This document shows, piece after piece, positions 42,310-53,465 of a stretch of 64,000 nucleotides of DNA. Under the pieces are notes generated by a model. That model ran no database searches, was not told where the DNA came from, and saw only the letters and a list, made by a program, of their open reading frames with translations. The position numbers were made by a program, and so were the translations under genes. The stretch's first letter is position 1, and each line of letters starts with the position of its first letter. Source of the DNA: an uncultured bacterium (GTDB lineage: Bacteria; Desulfobacterota_D; UBA1144; Nemesobacterales; UBA2774); contig CAWGRW010000009.1 of the NCBI GenBank assembly GCA_963825135.1, forward strand, positions 1,184,001-1,248,000, read 5' to 3'.

Positions 42310-42804
42310 TCACTCGGAGGAGACGACAACAAGCACTGTCCCCGATTCGACCGCGTCTCCTTCCTTGACCATTACGTTCTTAACTTTTCCCGCGATCGGG
42401 GACTTGAGTTCGCTTTCCATCTTCATCGCTTCGACGACGATTAGCCCCTCATCGTGCGCGACTTCATCGCCCTCTCCCCTGAGGATTTTCACCACCCTGC
42501 CCGGCATCGGCGATTTTATCTCCTGTATCCCGGACATCGCATGGGAGGTCTTACGCTGCTCCCTTTCGGAAACGGCTTCGAGCTCGTAAAGATCTCCGTC
42601 GATAACGACCTGAATTTTCCTGCCTTTCCTGAATACCCCTATGCTTTTGGATTTCCCGTCGATCAGCACCGAATAGAGGTTTTCCTCGAGCCTCACAAAA
42701 TCTACCGGAATCCTTCTGTCCTCGATTTCCGCCTGCAGTCGGCTTTCGTCTTTTTCCAGGGTGATTTTATAAATCTGGTCTCGTACTTTAAATGTATATG
42801 TCAT
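42310..42804 (-). CDS. Biotin carboxyl carrier subunit of acyl-CoA carboxylase
   Basis: SPMPGRVV, EAMKME biotinylation motif. Confidence 0.93.
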   Translation of the reverse strand: MTYTFKVRDQIYKITLEKDESRLQAEIEDRRIPVDFVRLEENLYSVLIDGKSKSIGVFRKGRKIQVVIDGDLYELEAVSEREQRKTSHAMSGIQEIKSPMPGRVVKILRGEGDEVAHDEGLIVVEAMKMESELKSPIAGKVKNVMVKEGDAVESGTVLVVVSSE

Positions 42805-44294
42805 GCGAACGGGCTCCGGGACACGCCTGATCTCCTGCCGAAGAGCTTCCAGTTCGATGCCGGTTTTTGAGGCTGCTGACCGGCGCTTTCAGAACTGTTC
42901 ATCGAGAGCGCAGCCGCAATCAACGCCGGCTCTATTTCCATTACCGCAGGCTTTAATAGTCCGGGATGTCTTTCTATGAAGCCTGTATCGATCTTTCCCT
43001 TCCGGAATTCGTCGTTGTTCATGACGCGGATGAGAAACCCGATGTTCGTTTTAACGCCGAGCACTATATATTCCCTGAGCGCCGATTCCATCTTCCTTAT
43101 CGCGGCATCCCTGGTATCCGCCCAGACGATCAGCTTTGAGAGCATCGGGTCGTAAAAGGGAGTGATCTCGCAGCCGTTATATATTGAGGAGTCGTCTCTT
43201 ATGCCCGGCCCGCTCGGCGTCCTCAGGTATTCGATTACCCCCGGGGACGGAAGGAAATTCGTTTCCGGGTTCTCGGCATATACCCTGCATTCGAGCGCGT
43301 GCCCCTTCATTGAGATGTTTTTCTGTTTGTACGGGAGCTTCTCGCCCGCAGCGATCCTTATCATCCATTTCACTATATCGAACCCGGTTATCATCTCCGT
43401 CACCGGATGCTCGACCTGGACCCTGGTGTTCATCTCCAGGAAGTAGAAATTCTGGCTCTGGTCCATTATAAACTCTATCGTGCCGGCCCCGCTGTATTTC
43501 ACCGCCTTTGCGATCCTCACCGCCACTTCCCCCATTTTCTTTCTCGTTCTCGCGCTTATGGCCGACGAAGGGGCTTCTTCGATCACTTTCTGGTGTCTTC
43601 TCTGGATTGAGCATTCGCGCTCGAATAAATAGAGGGTGTTTCCTTCATTGTCGGCTATGATCTGTATCTCTATATGCCTCGGGCGCTCGATCAGCCTTTC
43701 TATGAAAACCGAGTCGTCGCCGAATGCGGACCGGGCCTCGCTCCTCGCCATGCGGAGCGAGCTCTCGAAGTCGTCCCTGTTCCTTACGAGTCTCATCCCT
43801 TTCCCGCCTCCTCCGGCTGAGGCTTTTATCATTACCGGATAACCTATTTCGCTTGCTATTACGGAAGCCTCGACGTCGCTTACCGCTCCGTCCGAGCCCG
43901 GCACTAGAGGGACCTTTACGTCGTGGGCGATTTTTCTCGCGGTGATTTTATCCCCCATCAGGCGGATTGCCTCGGGGGAGGGGCCTATGAACACGATCCC
44001 CGACAACCCGCACATTTCCGCGAAGGACTCGTTTTCGGACAAAAAGCCAAACCCGGGATGTATGGCTTCGGCCCCGGATTTCTTAGCGACCTCTATGATC
44101 TTCTCTTTATTCAGATAGCTCTCTGCGGGGGCCGAACCCCCGATGTGATGGGATTCGTCCGCGAGAGCGACGTGGAGGGAGCGCCTGTCCGCGTCCGAAT
44201 ATACGGCGACCGTCAGTACCCCGAGGTCCCTGCACGCCCGTATAATCCTGACCGCGATTTCTCCCCTGTTGGCTATGAGAATTTTTTTGAACAT
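42801..44294 (-). CDS. accC: Biotin carboxylase subunit of acyl-CoA (propionyl-CoA-type) carboxylase
   Basis: ANRGEIA, HPGFGFLSEN, GGGGKGMR, RECSIQRRHQK, EMNTRVQVEH. Confidence 0.93.
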   Translation of the reverse strand: MFKKILIANRGEIAVRIIRACRDLGVLTVAVYSDADRRSLHVALADESHHIGGSAPAESYLNKEKIIEVAKKSGAEAIHPGFGFLSENESFAEMCGLSGIVFIGPSPEAIRLMGDKITARKIAHDVKVPLVPGSDGAVSDVEASVIASEIGYPVMIKASAGGGGKGMRLVRNRDDFESSLRMARSEARSAFGDDSVFIERLIERPRHIEIQIIADNEGNTLYLFERECSIQRRHQKVIEEAPSSAISARTRKKMGEVAVRIAKAVKYSGAGTIEFIMDQSQNFYFLEMNTRVQVEHPVTEMITGFDIVKWMIRIAAGEKLPYKQKNISMKGHALECRVYAENPETNFLPSPGVIEYLRTPSGPGIRDDSSIYNGCEITPFYDPMLSKLIVWADTRDAAIRKMESALREYIVLGVKTNIGFLIRVMNNDEFRKGKIDTGFIERHPGLLKPAVMEIEPALIAAALSMNSSESAGQQPQKPASNWKLFGRRSGVSRSPFA

Positions 44295-44311
44295 TCGATA
44301 ATCCTTTGAAT

Positions 44312-45856
44312 TTATAGTGGTATGTTCCCGTGCTTTTTCGGGGGATTCGTCTGTCTTTTCCCGTCGAGCATCTCAAACGCCGAGATTACCCTCGGCCTCG
44401 TATCCTCGGGCCTAATGACTTCGTCCACGAAGCCGAGGTCTGCGGCCCTGTAGGGGTTCGCGAACTGCTCCTTGTACTCCTCGATCAGCTTCGCGCGCTC
44501 GGCTTCCGGGTCCTCGGCCTGCATGATCTGCGCGCGAGAGATGATATTGACCGCTCCGTCAGAGCCCATCACGGCGATTTCCGCCGTCGGGTACGCCATC
44601 ACTATATCGCCCCTTACGTGCTTGGACGACATAACGTCGTACGCCCCGCCGTACGCTTTCCTCGTAATGACGGTCACTCTGGGAACGGTCGCCTCGCTGT
44701 AGGCGTATAGGAGCTTGGCGCCGTGTTTAATGATGCCGCCCCATTCCTGGGAGGTGCCGGGGAGAAAACCCGGTACGTCTTCGAATGTGAGAATGGGGAT
44801 ATTGAAGCAGTCGCAGAACCTCACGAACCTGCCCGCTTTAACCGACGCGTCTATGTCGAGACACCCGGCGAGTATATTGGGCTGGTTCCCGACTATGCCG
44901 ATTACCCTGCCCGCCATTCTCGCGAATCCTATAACTATATTCTGAGCGTAATGCTCCTGTATTTCGAAAAAGTAACCCTCGTCTACCACGGCGTTAATTA
45001 CGTCTTTTACATCGTAGGGCTTATTGGGGTTTTCGGGGACTATGGCCCGCAGCGCAGTCGCCCTCCTGTCGGAAGGGTCGTCGGTCGACGTTCTCGGCGG
45101 GTCTTCCATATTATTCGAGGGGAGGAAGCTCAGGAGCTCCTTTATAAGAGCTATGCATTCCTTGTCGTCTTCGACCGCGAAATGCGCGACCCCGCTCCTC
45201 GCGTTGTGCACCATCGCTCCGCCCAGTTCCTCGGAGTTCACTTCCTCGTGCGTCACAGCCTTGATTACGTCAGGCCCCGTAATGAACATGTAGCTCGTGT
45301 TCCTGACCATTACCGTAAAATCGGTAATGGCGGGAGAATATACAGCTCCCCCGGCGCAGGGGCCCATAATGGCCGATATTTGAGGCACGACCCCTGAAGC
45401 GAGCACGTTCCTGCAGAATATCTCCCCGTATCCCCCGAGGCTCTCCACTCCTTCCTGTATCCTGGCGCCCCCGGAGTCGTTAAGCCCTACTATCGGGACG
45501 CCTACCTGCATCGCGAGGTCCATAACCTTGCATATCTTCTTTCCGTGCACCATGCCGAGAGATCCGCCGAAGACGGTAAAGTCCTGGGCGTAGACGAAAG
45601 CCTGCCGTCCGTCTATCTTCCCGTATCCGGTGACGACGCCGTCCCCGAGGAACTTTTTACCCTCCATTCCAAAATCATTGCATCTGTGGACGACGAATTT
45701 GTCGAGTTCTACAAAGGTGTTTTTATCGAGCAGGAGGTCGATTCTTTCTCTTGCCGTGAGCTTGCCGATTTCGTGCTGTTTCTGAATCCTGGCTTCACCG
45801 CCGCCAGCTTCGGCCTCTCTTTCCTTTTCTTCGAGTACGGCAATTTTATCCTTCAT
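44312..45856 (-). CDS. pccB: Acyl-CoA (propionyl-CoA) carboxylase carboxyltransferase subunit
   Basis: [40 protein letters not shown] at 45856. Confidence 0.93.
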   Translation of the reverse strand: MKDKIAVLEEKEREAEAGGGEARIQKQHEIGKLTARERIDLLLDKNTFVELDKFVVHRCNDFGMEGKKFLGDGVVTGYGKIDGRQAFVYAQDFTVFGGSLGMVHGKKICKVMDLAMQVGVPIVGLNDSGGARIQEGVESLGGYGEIFCRNVLASGVVPQISAIMGPCAGGAVYSPAITDFTVMVRNTSYMFITGPDVIKAVTHEEVNSEELGGAMVHNARSGVAHFAVEDDKECIALIKELLSFLPSNNMEDPPRTSTDDPSDRRATALRAIVPENPNKPYDVKDVINAVVDEGYFFEIQEHYAQNIVIGFARMAGRVIGIVGNQPNILAGCLDIDASVKAGRFVRFCDCFNIPILTFEDVPGFLPGTSQEWGGIIKHGAKLLYAYSEATVPRVTVITRKAYGGAYDVMSSKHVRGDIVMAYPTAEIAVMGSDGAVNIISRAQIMQAEDPEAERAKLIEEYKEQFANPYRAADLGFVDEVIRPEDTRPRVISAFEMLDGKRQTNPPKKHGNIPL

Positions 45857-46074
45857 TATCGGCTCCTTCGAAGGTTCTTGAGAATCCAAAAAAATACTAT
45901 GTAAATACCTAATTGGCAAGTTTGCGGGGCGTATGCGGGGTTTGCATATGTGGCCTGAAAATATAAGGATTTTGTCAGACGCTCCGGGGCCGGGTGAGCG
46001 GGAAGGGCGGCCGGGCATAAAGTTTTATATTACAGGTAAGGCCCTAATCGCTCATAATGTGCGCGGCGCCGGTC

Positions 46075-46671
46075 TTAAAAGCCGATCGCCTCCGAGACTG
46101 CTTTTACACGGGCTCGGGTGTCCTCGAGGGACCCCGAATTATCTATTATATATTCTCCGTGCTTAATCTTTTCCCTAGCCGGCATCTGCGCCCTGAGTCT
46201 CGAGACAGCCTCTTCCCTCGTATAACCCTTCCCCTCCATGAGCCTCCTGATCTCCGTCTCTTCGTCCGCTGTCACTACAATGAGGCTGTCTATCAGGTCT
46301 TTCAGCCCGCCCTTTTCCACTATGAGCGTGGCCTCGATCATCACGACAGGTGTATTTTCCTTCTCGTACTCACGGACGAGCCCCCTTATCCTATCCATTA
46401 TCCTCGGGTGCGTGATCTCGTTCAGCCTCTTGCGTTTTGCTTCGTCGCCGAAGACAATAACCGCTAGCTTCTTCCTGTTTATATGGTTGTCGGGTTCCAG
46501 CACTTCTTTCCCGAACTCGCCGACAATCTCCTTCCATGCGGGCTCGCCGGGCTCGACCACGATACGCGCGATCTCGTCGGCGTCGATTAACCTCGCGCCG
46601 CGCCCCTCGAACATACGTGCGACGGTGCTTTTTCCGGAGGCTATGTTCCCCGTGATGCCGATGACCTTCAT
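46075..46671 (-). CDS. coaE: Dephospho-CoA kinase
   Basis: GITGNIASGKST, IDAD, ITHP, IDNSG. Confidence 0.95.
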   Translation of the reverse strand: MKVIGITGNIASGKSTVARMFEGRGARLIDADEIARIVVEPGEPAWKEIVGEFGKEVLEPDNHINRKKLAVIVFGDEAKRKRLNEITHPRIMDRIRGLVREYEKENTPVVMIEATLIVEKGGLKDLIDSLIVVTADEETEIRRLMEGKGYTREEAVSRLRAQMPAREKIKHGEYIIDNSGSLEDTRARVKAVSEAIGF

Positions 46672-46820
46672 CGGGGTATTCTAATTTGGTAATAATGCTC
46701 TTTCAAATCGGCACTCCATAAGCATAGAGGGACCGGTAATACCGGAAACTTGATAAAATAATGAGTTGGGTATAATAAATCCCTAGATTTCGCAATTGCG
46801 AATAGAAAAGGAGGGGTTCC

Positions 46821-47684
46821 ATGTCTAAAAAAGCGGAGGAAATAAAGATAGTAGGCGTCGTAGGGGCGGGAACTATGGGCTCGGGGATCGCCCAGGTAGT
46901 CGCTTCGAGCGGCAGGCAGGTTGTGCTTGTGGACGTAACGGATGCCGCAATCGGCAGGGGAATGAAGGCCATAGAGGGCAGTCTCGGCAGGCTCGTCAAG
47001 AAAGAGACGATAAGCGAAGAAGAGAGTAAATCCATAGTATCGAGAATAAAAACAACCACAAAATATGAGGATTTTAAGGACGTTGACCTCGTCATAGAGG
47101 CCGCATTCGAGGATATGAAGGTAAAAAAGGAAATCTATAAAAAACTCGACCAGTCGACCGGGCCCGACGTGGTGCTGGCTACCAACACCTCGTCCCTGCC
47201 GATCGTTGAGATCGCAGTCGGGACCGGGAGGCCCGACAAGGTAGTCGGTATGCATTTCTTTAATCCCGCGCCCGTGATGAAGCTCGTCGAGATTATCAAG
47301 ACGCTCGCCACATCGGACGAGACCGCGGAATTCGCGTTTGACTTTGCAACTGCTCTCGGAAAGGACCCTGTCAGGACGAAGGACATCCCCGGGTTCATAG
47401 TGAACAGGATACTCATACCGATGCTGAACGAGGCCGTGTTCGCGTATTCGGATGGGGTCGGGACGGCCGAGGACATAGACAAGGCCATGAAGCTCGGCAC
47501 GAACCAGCCGATAGGCCCGCTCGCCCTTATTGACCTCATAGGTCTCGATGTCACGATCGACGTTATGGACGTATTCTATAAGGAGTTCCAGGATTCGAAA
47601 TACAGGGCCGCCCCGCTGCTGAGACAGATGGTCAGGGCCGGGCAGCTCGGGCGGAAATCCGGAAAGGGCTTCTTCCAATACTGA
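46821..47684 (+). CDS. hbd: 3-hydroxybutyryl-CoA dehydrogenase
   Basis: GAGTMGSGIA, TNTSSL, GMHFFNP, GFIVNR, GRKSGKGF. Confidence 0.92.
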   Translation: MSKKAEEIKIVGVVGAGTMGSGIAQVVASSGRQVVLVDVTDAAIGRGMKAIEGSLGRLVKKETISEEESKSIVSRIKTTTKYEDFKDVDLVIEAAFEDMKVKKEIYKKLDQSTGPDVVLATNTSSLPIVEIAVGTGRPDKVVGMHFFNPAPVMKLVEIIKTLATSDETAEFAFDFATALGKDPVRTKDIPGFIVNRILIPMLNEAVFAYSDGVGTAEDIDKAMKLGTNQPIGPLALIDLIGLDVTIDVMDVFYKEFQDSKYRAAPLLRQMVRAGQLGRKSGKGFFQY

Positions 47685-47775
47685 GAAGCGGGTAAGGGGC
47701 GGAGATAATCTTTAGGTGTGGAAGCTGCGGCCGAGAAGCCTCCGTCAATCCGTATTCGTCTAATGTCGAGTCTGA

Positions 47776-49182
47776 TTAAACGGGGTTTCTTGCGGAAATA
47801 TACTCGCCTGCTCTTTTTAGTCTCTTGATCACCTCATCCTTCCCCAGTATCTCCATCACCTCGAAGATGCCCGGACTCACGGTCCCCCCGGTAAGCGCTA
47901 CCCTCACGGGCTGGGCGATCGTTCCGAGCTTAAGTCCCCTCTCCTCCATTATTCCCTCGAACACCTTCTGTATTTCCTCCGCGGTGAACGGCTCCGGAAG
48001 GGAAAGCCTTTCGGTCAGTTCTTTTAAAACATCCGCCATCTCGGGTGTGAGGAATTTGCCCGCCGCCTTCTCGTCGTATTCGATCTCGTCCGCGTAAAAG
48101 TAGCCGAGCGAGTCCGCTATATCCAGAAGCGTTTTAGCCCTCTGACTGAGCTCCTTCACGATCATTACGAGCTTGTTGTCGAGCTCCGCCTCGATGCCTT
48201 TATCGAGGAGAATCGGGAGCACGAGCCCGGCGATCTCCTCGGGCGGCTTGTTACGTATGTACCAGCCGTTTAGCCACTGGAGCTTTTCGGGGTTGAACAC
48301 GGCGGCTGATTTCCCCACGTTATCGAGGGTGAATTTTTCGATGAGCTCCTCTGTCGTAAATATCTCCTGGTCGCCGTAGGACCAACCGAGGCGGGTCAGG
48401 TAGTTGACGAGCGCATCGGGGAGATATCCTTCTTCTCTGTATTCTACGACGGAAGTTGCTCCGTGCCGCTTGCTTAGCCTCTTTCCGTCGGGCCCCAGGA
48501 TCATCGAGACGTGGGCTACCTTCGGTATTTCGAGCGAAAGCCCTTGATATATGAGCGCCTGCCTCGGGGTGTTTATCAGATGGTCGTCCCCTCTGATGAT
48601 ATGGGTTATTTCCATAAGCGCGTCGTCCGCGACGACGGCGAAATTGTATGTCGGGAACCCGTCCGTCTTGAGTATTACGAAATCGTCTATCTCGGAGGCG
48701 TCGAACACCACCTTCCCCCGCAGAAGATCGTGCACTTCGATGGGCCCGTGGTCGGGTGTAAGGAAGCGGACGGCATAGGGCTTATCGGGGCCCGCGTTCC
48801 TGTCCGCCCAGTCGCGTTTGTAATGGAAGATTTCTCCCTTTTCCTGGGCCTCTTTTCGCTTCTCGTCGAGCTCCTCCGCGGTCACATAACACCGGTACGC
48901 GTGTCCGGAGGCGACGAGCTTTTCCGCGAGGTCCTTGTATATACCGAGCCTGTCCGATTGCCTGAAAGGGCCCTCGTCCCAGTCGAGCCCGAGCCATTCC
49001 ATGGCGTCCGTAATTTCCAGTATCGATTCCTCGGTCGAGCGGGTGCGGTCCGTATCCTCGATCCGGAGTATGAATTCCCCGCCGTGATGTCTCGCGAAGA
49101 GCCAGTTGAAAATGGCTGTTCTCGCCCCGCCTATGTGGAGGGACCCTGTGGGGCTCGGTGCGAATCTGGTTCTTACGGTCAT
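47776..49182 (-). CDS. gltX: Glutamate--tRNA ligase
   Basis: RFAPSPTGSLHIGG, RIEDTD, IRGDDH, LSKRHG. Confidence 0.97.
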   Translation of the reverse strand: MTVRTRFAPSPTGSLHIGGARTAIFNWLFARHHGGEFILRIEDTDRTRSTEESILEITDAMEWLGLDWDEGPFRQSDRLGIYKDLAEKLVASGHAYRCYVTAEELDEKRKEAQEKGEIFHYKRDWADRNAGPDKPYAVRFLTPDHGPIEVHDLLRGKVVFDASEIDDFVILKTDGFPTYNFAVVADDALMEITHIIRGDDHLINTPRQALIYQGLSLEIPKVAHVSMILGPDGKRLSKRHGATSVVEYREEGYLPDALVNYLTRLGWSYGDQEIFTTEELIEKFTLDNVGKSAAVFNPEKLQWLNGWYIRNKPPEEIAGLVLPILLDKGIEAELDNKLVMIVKELSQRAKTLLDIADSLGYFYADEIEYDEKAAGKFLTPEMADVLKELTERLSLPEPFTAEEIQKVFEGIMEERGLKLGTIAQPVRVALTGGTVSPGIFEVMEILGKDEVIKRLKRAGEYISARNPV

Positions 49183-49503
49183 GGGGGTTAAATGTTAATT
49201 TAGAGTCCCAGGTGAGTCAAATAAACCCTCCCTCGCCTCTTTCCGGGTTTTATAGGCCGCCTTCGGCCGTTTGCCGTCGCTCCGATTACTGTCCCGTGTT
49301 CACGTTAAAGCGCATTGCCGTTACCTGCGTGTAAAATTAACCCGATCGTTTTAATTCCTGAAAAGAGGGGATAATATTATTTAAGGTTTTAATATGTTTG
49401 GTTTTTTTAGAGATTCGAGTATTATTGAGAACCCGTCGGCACATTGTTAAAACGTGCCCGCCTGAGTCAGGTACGGAAAATCTTGATACAGTTTCGTTAT
49501 CCA

Positions 49504-50046
49504 ATGAATAAAGGCGTATTTATCATATTATCGGCGGCACTATTCCTCGGTTCCTGCTCCCTCACGAAGTTCGTGGGTTATTACGCCTCAGCCGGGTCGG
49601 GCGATAAAGGCAAGCTCGACGGGCAGGTATACACATCCGAGAACACGTCATACAATATCGGCTCACTCCCCGAGGGATGGGAAAGAATTAAGATCGAGGG
49701 CGGAGACCTCGCGTTCTCCAATACCTTTGAGGAATCGACTATCACGGTGAATTCGACCTGCGACGAGCGTAAAATGAAGTACAGTCTGAAAGCGCTTTCG
49801 GAGTCTTTAATAGTCGGTATCAAGGACAAGAAGGCGCAGTCGAGACAGGATGCTCAGATAGACGGACAGCCCGCGCTCATCACGATATATACGGGAAGCC
49901 TGAACAACACTCCCGTGATGATAGAGACCCGCGTATTTAAGAAGAAAGAGTGCGTATATGATTTTACATACGCCTCGTCTCCCGAGAAGTTCGATTCGGA
50001 AGCTCAGGTTTTTAACGAATTTATTTCTCAATTCAGAGTGCTCTGA
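49504..50046 (+). CDS. Hypothetical lipoprotein
   Basis: Lipobox-like FLGSC after hydrophobic signal; stop overlaps mlaE start. Confidence 0.7.
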   Translation: MNKGVFIILSAALFLGSCSLTKFVGYYASAGSGDKGKLDGQVYTSENTSYNIGSLPEGWERIKIEGGDLAFSNTFEESTITVNSTCDERKMKYSLKALSESLIVGIKDKKAQSRQDAQIDGQPALITIYTGSLNNTPVMIETRVFKKKECVYDFTYASSPEKFDSEAQVFNEFISQFRVL

Positions 50047-50825
50047 TGATCAATAACCTTATAGCCGGTTTTGGTTCATACGTCGTTTCATTCGTTGAGA
50101 AGCTGGGTGATATCGGGCTTTTCATCCAGAAATCCGTCTATGCGAGCTTTACCCGCCCTTTTAATTTCAGGCTAGTGCTAGAGCAGATCGACGAGATCGG
50201 GTTTAAGTCGATACCCATAGTGATCGCTTCGGCTATGGCGATAGGAATGGTCATGGTGGTTCAGCTCGCGTGGGGCTTCGCGTGGTTCGGGGCAAAGGGC
50301 GTAGTCGGCCCCGTCGTATCGCTCTCATTCGTCAGGGAGCTCGGCCCCGTCGTAACCTCGCTTCTCGTGGGCGGCAGGGTGGGCTCGGGTATTACCGCCG
50401 AAATAGGGTCTATGAAGGTAACGGAACAAATAGACGCGATAAGCACGCTCGGGGCCGACCCCCTCAGGAAGCTCGTCGTGCCGAGGCTCGTGGCTGCAGT
50501 CATCTGTTTTCCGTTCCTTGCGATAATATCGGACTTCACCGGAATCTTAGGGGCCATGATTATGTCGAACATCGACCTCGACGTAAAGCCGAGGCTCTTT
50601 ATATCGAGCATACTCGAATGGGTGACCATCGACGATTTCATAAGCGGAATATCAAAGACGTTCTTCTTCGGGATTATCGTGGCTATTACGGGATGCTATA
50701 TAGGGATGAGGGCTGAAGGCGGGACGCAGGGCGTCGGAAGAGCCACAACCTCTACCGTCGTGGTGGCGCTCCTTTTGATAATCATCGGGGATTTCTTCCT
50801 GACAAAACTATTTCTTCTATTGTGA
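50046..50825 (+). CDS. mlaE: MlaE family ABC transporter permease
   Basis: RELGPV, GRVGSGITAEIGSMKVTEQIDA, GVGRATT. Confidence 0.93.
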   Translation: MINNLIAGFGSYVVSFVEKLGDIGLFIQKSVYASFTRPFNFRLVLEQIDEIGFKSIPIVIASAMAIGMVMVVQLAWGFAWFGAKGVVGPVVSLSFVRELGPVVTSLLVGGRVGSGITAEIGSMKVTEQIDAISTLGADPLRKLVVPRLVAAVICFPFLAIISDFTGILGAMIMSNIDLDVKPRLFISSILEWVTIDDFISGISKTFFFGIIVAITGCYIGMRAEGGTQGVGRATTSTVVVALLLIIIGDFFLTKLFLLL

Positions 50826-50879
50826 TTCTCCTGTCCCGATATCCCGGGCGGGGCCGGGTATAGATCGAAGGCGCCCGTA

Positions 50880-51374
50880 TTATCTGTTGGCGGAAAGTTT
50901 TATCTCAAGCGCGTTTCTGTAAACCAGATAATTGCGCAGCGCGGACTCCGCGCTTCCCGACCTGCCGGATCTGACTTCGCTATGGTATCTGCCGTTCCAG
51001 TACTCCATGTTTTCAAGGATGGAATTTATGGAGCCGTCCTCGGAAATTCTACGGGCTCTTTCATTGCCGGAGCGCGAAGATGCCGGGTCCGTGTCGTAGC
51101 TCTGTCCCCAAATGGGCTTAACATTGCTGTACTCTTCGACTCCTTCGCTTTCTTCCCGGACTTCGGCGTAATTTACTCTCTCCCTTTCTCTCGGGTGAGA
51201 GACGCCATAGGAATCGTGGTCTTTTTCAGGCTCTCTTGTATCCGACGTGTAGATAACGGGTGTCCGGTCAAGAAACGAAGGCATGATATCCGAATCCACG
51301 AGATAGACCGCAGCAGCCGCGGAACCGAATACCGTGAGGAGAGTAATACTCAGAATCTTTCCGATTGCTTCCAT
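50880..51374 (-). CDS. Hypothetical protein with N-terminal membrane anchor
   Basis: 164-aa ORF filling the gap; hydrophobic N-terminus. Confidence 0.55.
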   Translation of the reverse strand: MEAIGKILSITLLTVFGSAAAAVYLVDSDIMPSFLDRTPVIYTSDTREPEKDHDSYGVSHPRERERVNYAEVREESEGVEEYSNVKPIWGQSYDTDPASSRSGNERARRISEDGSINSILENMEYWNGRYHSEVRSGRSGSAESALRNYLVYRNALEIKLSANR

Positions 51375-51873
51375 CTTTAGCTCTATTGTTCCGCGCTGGA
51401 CGGCGCAAAGGTAATTCGGACGGAAACAGGATTCGGAAGACGGAATTCAAATGGTCTTTATGATTCGAGAGAGCGCGCGTTCCTGTTTCGGCGGCATGGC
51501 TGCCATCGGGGATTTCGCCCCTTTAGGCCCTTTGCTTTGCGTCCCATCCTTTCGAATGGTTTGCCATTTCGTACGGAACATCAAATTAATCAATGTATCT
51601 TTATCCCAAAAACCTCGCTACGACAAAATTTTAAAAGACGCGGCGCAGATTGTCAACTAAATAAATATTACGGCAGCTGATATCCAAAATTGTCACGTTA
51701 GGGACGATAAGAATGATATGAATCTGAAGTCACCTCCCCTAGTCGGCCTGAATTGTTGACTTGGGGATAAAAAAAATCTATACATTAGAGAAGGGGTACT
51801 GGGTTTATTCAGGAGCCGGAAGATAGCCGCGTAGTGATCAAATCCGTGACATGAGAGTGAGTTGCGAATTAAT

Positions 51874-53418
51874 ATGGTCAACAAAATAGCCGAAGGGATT
51901 CTCTATACCGACCAATACCAGCTGACGATGGCTCAGCTATATTACAGGTTCGGGCTCCATGAGACCCATGCGCAGTTCGATCACTTCTTCAGGAATTACC
52001 CCGATTACGGCTCTCATAAGGCCGGTTACTGCGTGAACGCCGGGCTCGAGTGGCTTACCGGCTGGATGAAAGACGCCGCGTTCGGGGACGAGGAGATTAG
52101 CTGTCTCAAAACGCAGACGGGTCAACTGGGCGAGCCTCTCTTCGCGGACGATTTTCTTCTCTGGCTCAGGAAACACGGGAGTTTCGACGGAATAACCATG
52201 CTCTCCATCCCCGAGGGCCGGGTCGTCCATCCGAATGTTCCCGTCACCGTGATTCGGGGACCCCTGCCGATGGCCCAGATACTCGAGTCGGCACTCCTCA
52301 ATAAGCTCAACTACCAGATACTGATAGCGACCAAAGCCGCTCGTATAAGGGAAGCGGGGCGCGGCCAGCCGATCCTCGAATTCGGAATGAGGAGGGGGCC
52401 CGATCTCGGGGTCAATGCCGGCATAAGGGCGGCGTTAATAGGGGGAGCCGATTTCTCCTCGACCGTCGGCATCTCTCATGTGCTCGGTTTTCCCCCCAAA
52501 GGCACTCACGCGCACAGCATGGTGCAGGTGTTCATGGCGCTCGGCGAGGGCGAGTTGGGGGCCTTCAGGGCGTACGCGGAGGTATATCCCGATGACTGCC
52601 TCCTCCTCGTGGATACCATAAACACGCTCGAGAGCGGGGTCCCGAATGCGATAAAGGTGTTCGAAGAGCTCCGGAAGAAGGGGCATAAGCCCCTCGGCAT
52701 CAGGCTCGATTCGGGCGACCTCGCGTACCTGTCCATTCAGTCTGCGAAGATGCTCGACAGCGCGGGCTTCCCCGACACGAGGATCGTGCTCTCCAATCAG
52801 CTCGACGAGCTCGTCGTGTGGCAGGTGATAACACAGATAGAGGAGGAGGCGCCCCGGAACGGGCTCGATCCCGAAAGCCTCATCAAGAGGCTCGTCTACG
52901 GCGTGGGGACGAAACTCATTACCTCCAAAGGCGATTCGGCGCTAGACGGAGTGTATAAGCTCGTCGCCGTAAGGGAGAGGTCGGAGTGGGTGCCCGCGAT
53001 CAAGCTATCGGAAACGCCGACAAAGACGCTTAACCCGGGCAGCAAAATGGCCTGGCGCATATATGATAAAAGGGGTTACGCCACAGCCGACCTTCTGACG
53101 ATTGACGAAGGCGACCCGAACGAATCTCAAATATTAAAGATGCGCCACCCCTCCGACCATACGAAGTACAGGATGATGAGGAATAACGAGATCAGCGGTA
53201 CCGAGAGCCTTCTGGTAAAGGTGCTGGACGAGGGCGGTCTTGTTTACGATTTCCCTTCGATAGAAGAAATAAGGACGAAGAGGATTGAAGATATCGAGAG
53301 GCTGGATTCGGGGGTGAGGAGGATAATGAACCCCCACATCTACCACGTCTCGCTTTCGGAAAAGCTCTGGGCCCTTAAGCAGGACCTTATACGGTCAATG
53401 GAAAAAGAAAGCGCATGA
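51874..53418 (+). CDS. pncB: Nicotinate phosphoribosyltransferase
   Basis: [39 protein letters not shown]. Confidence 0.93.
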   Translation: MVNKIAEGILYTDQYQLTMAQLYYRFGLHETHAQFDHFFRNYPDYGSHKAGYCVNAGLEWLTGWMKDAAFGDEEISCLKTQTGQLGEPLFADDFLLWLRKHGSFDGITMLSIPEGRVVHPNVPVTVIRGPLPMAQILESALLNKLNYQILIATKAARIREAGRGQPILEFGMRRGPDLGVNAGIRAALIGGADFSSTVGISHVLGFPPKGTHAHSMVQVFMALGEGELGAFRAYAEVYPDDCLLLVDTINTLESGVPNAIKVFEELRKKGHKPLGIRLDSGDLAYLSIQSAKMLDSAGFPDTRIVLSNQLDELVVWQVITQIEEEAPRNGLDPESLIKRLVYGVGTKLITSKGDSALDGVYKLVAVRERSEWVPAIKLSETPTKTLNPGSKMAWRIYDKRGYATADLLTIDEGDPNESQILKMRHPSDHTKYRMMRNNEISGTESLLVKVLDEGGLVYDFPSIEEIRTKRIEDIERLDSGVRRIMNPHIYHVSLSEKLWALKQDLIRSMEKESA

Positions 53419-53465
53419 ATCCGTATGCCGGAGATTAGGCGGATTTCCGGGGATGAATTAATTTG

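Noticed and set aside
45857..46018. N-terminal extension of PccB
   Set aside because: Homology begins at MKDKIA (45856); the extension looks like intergenic read-through.
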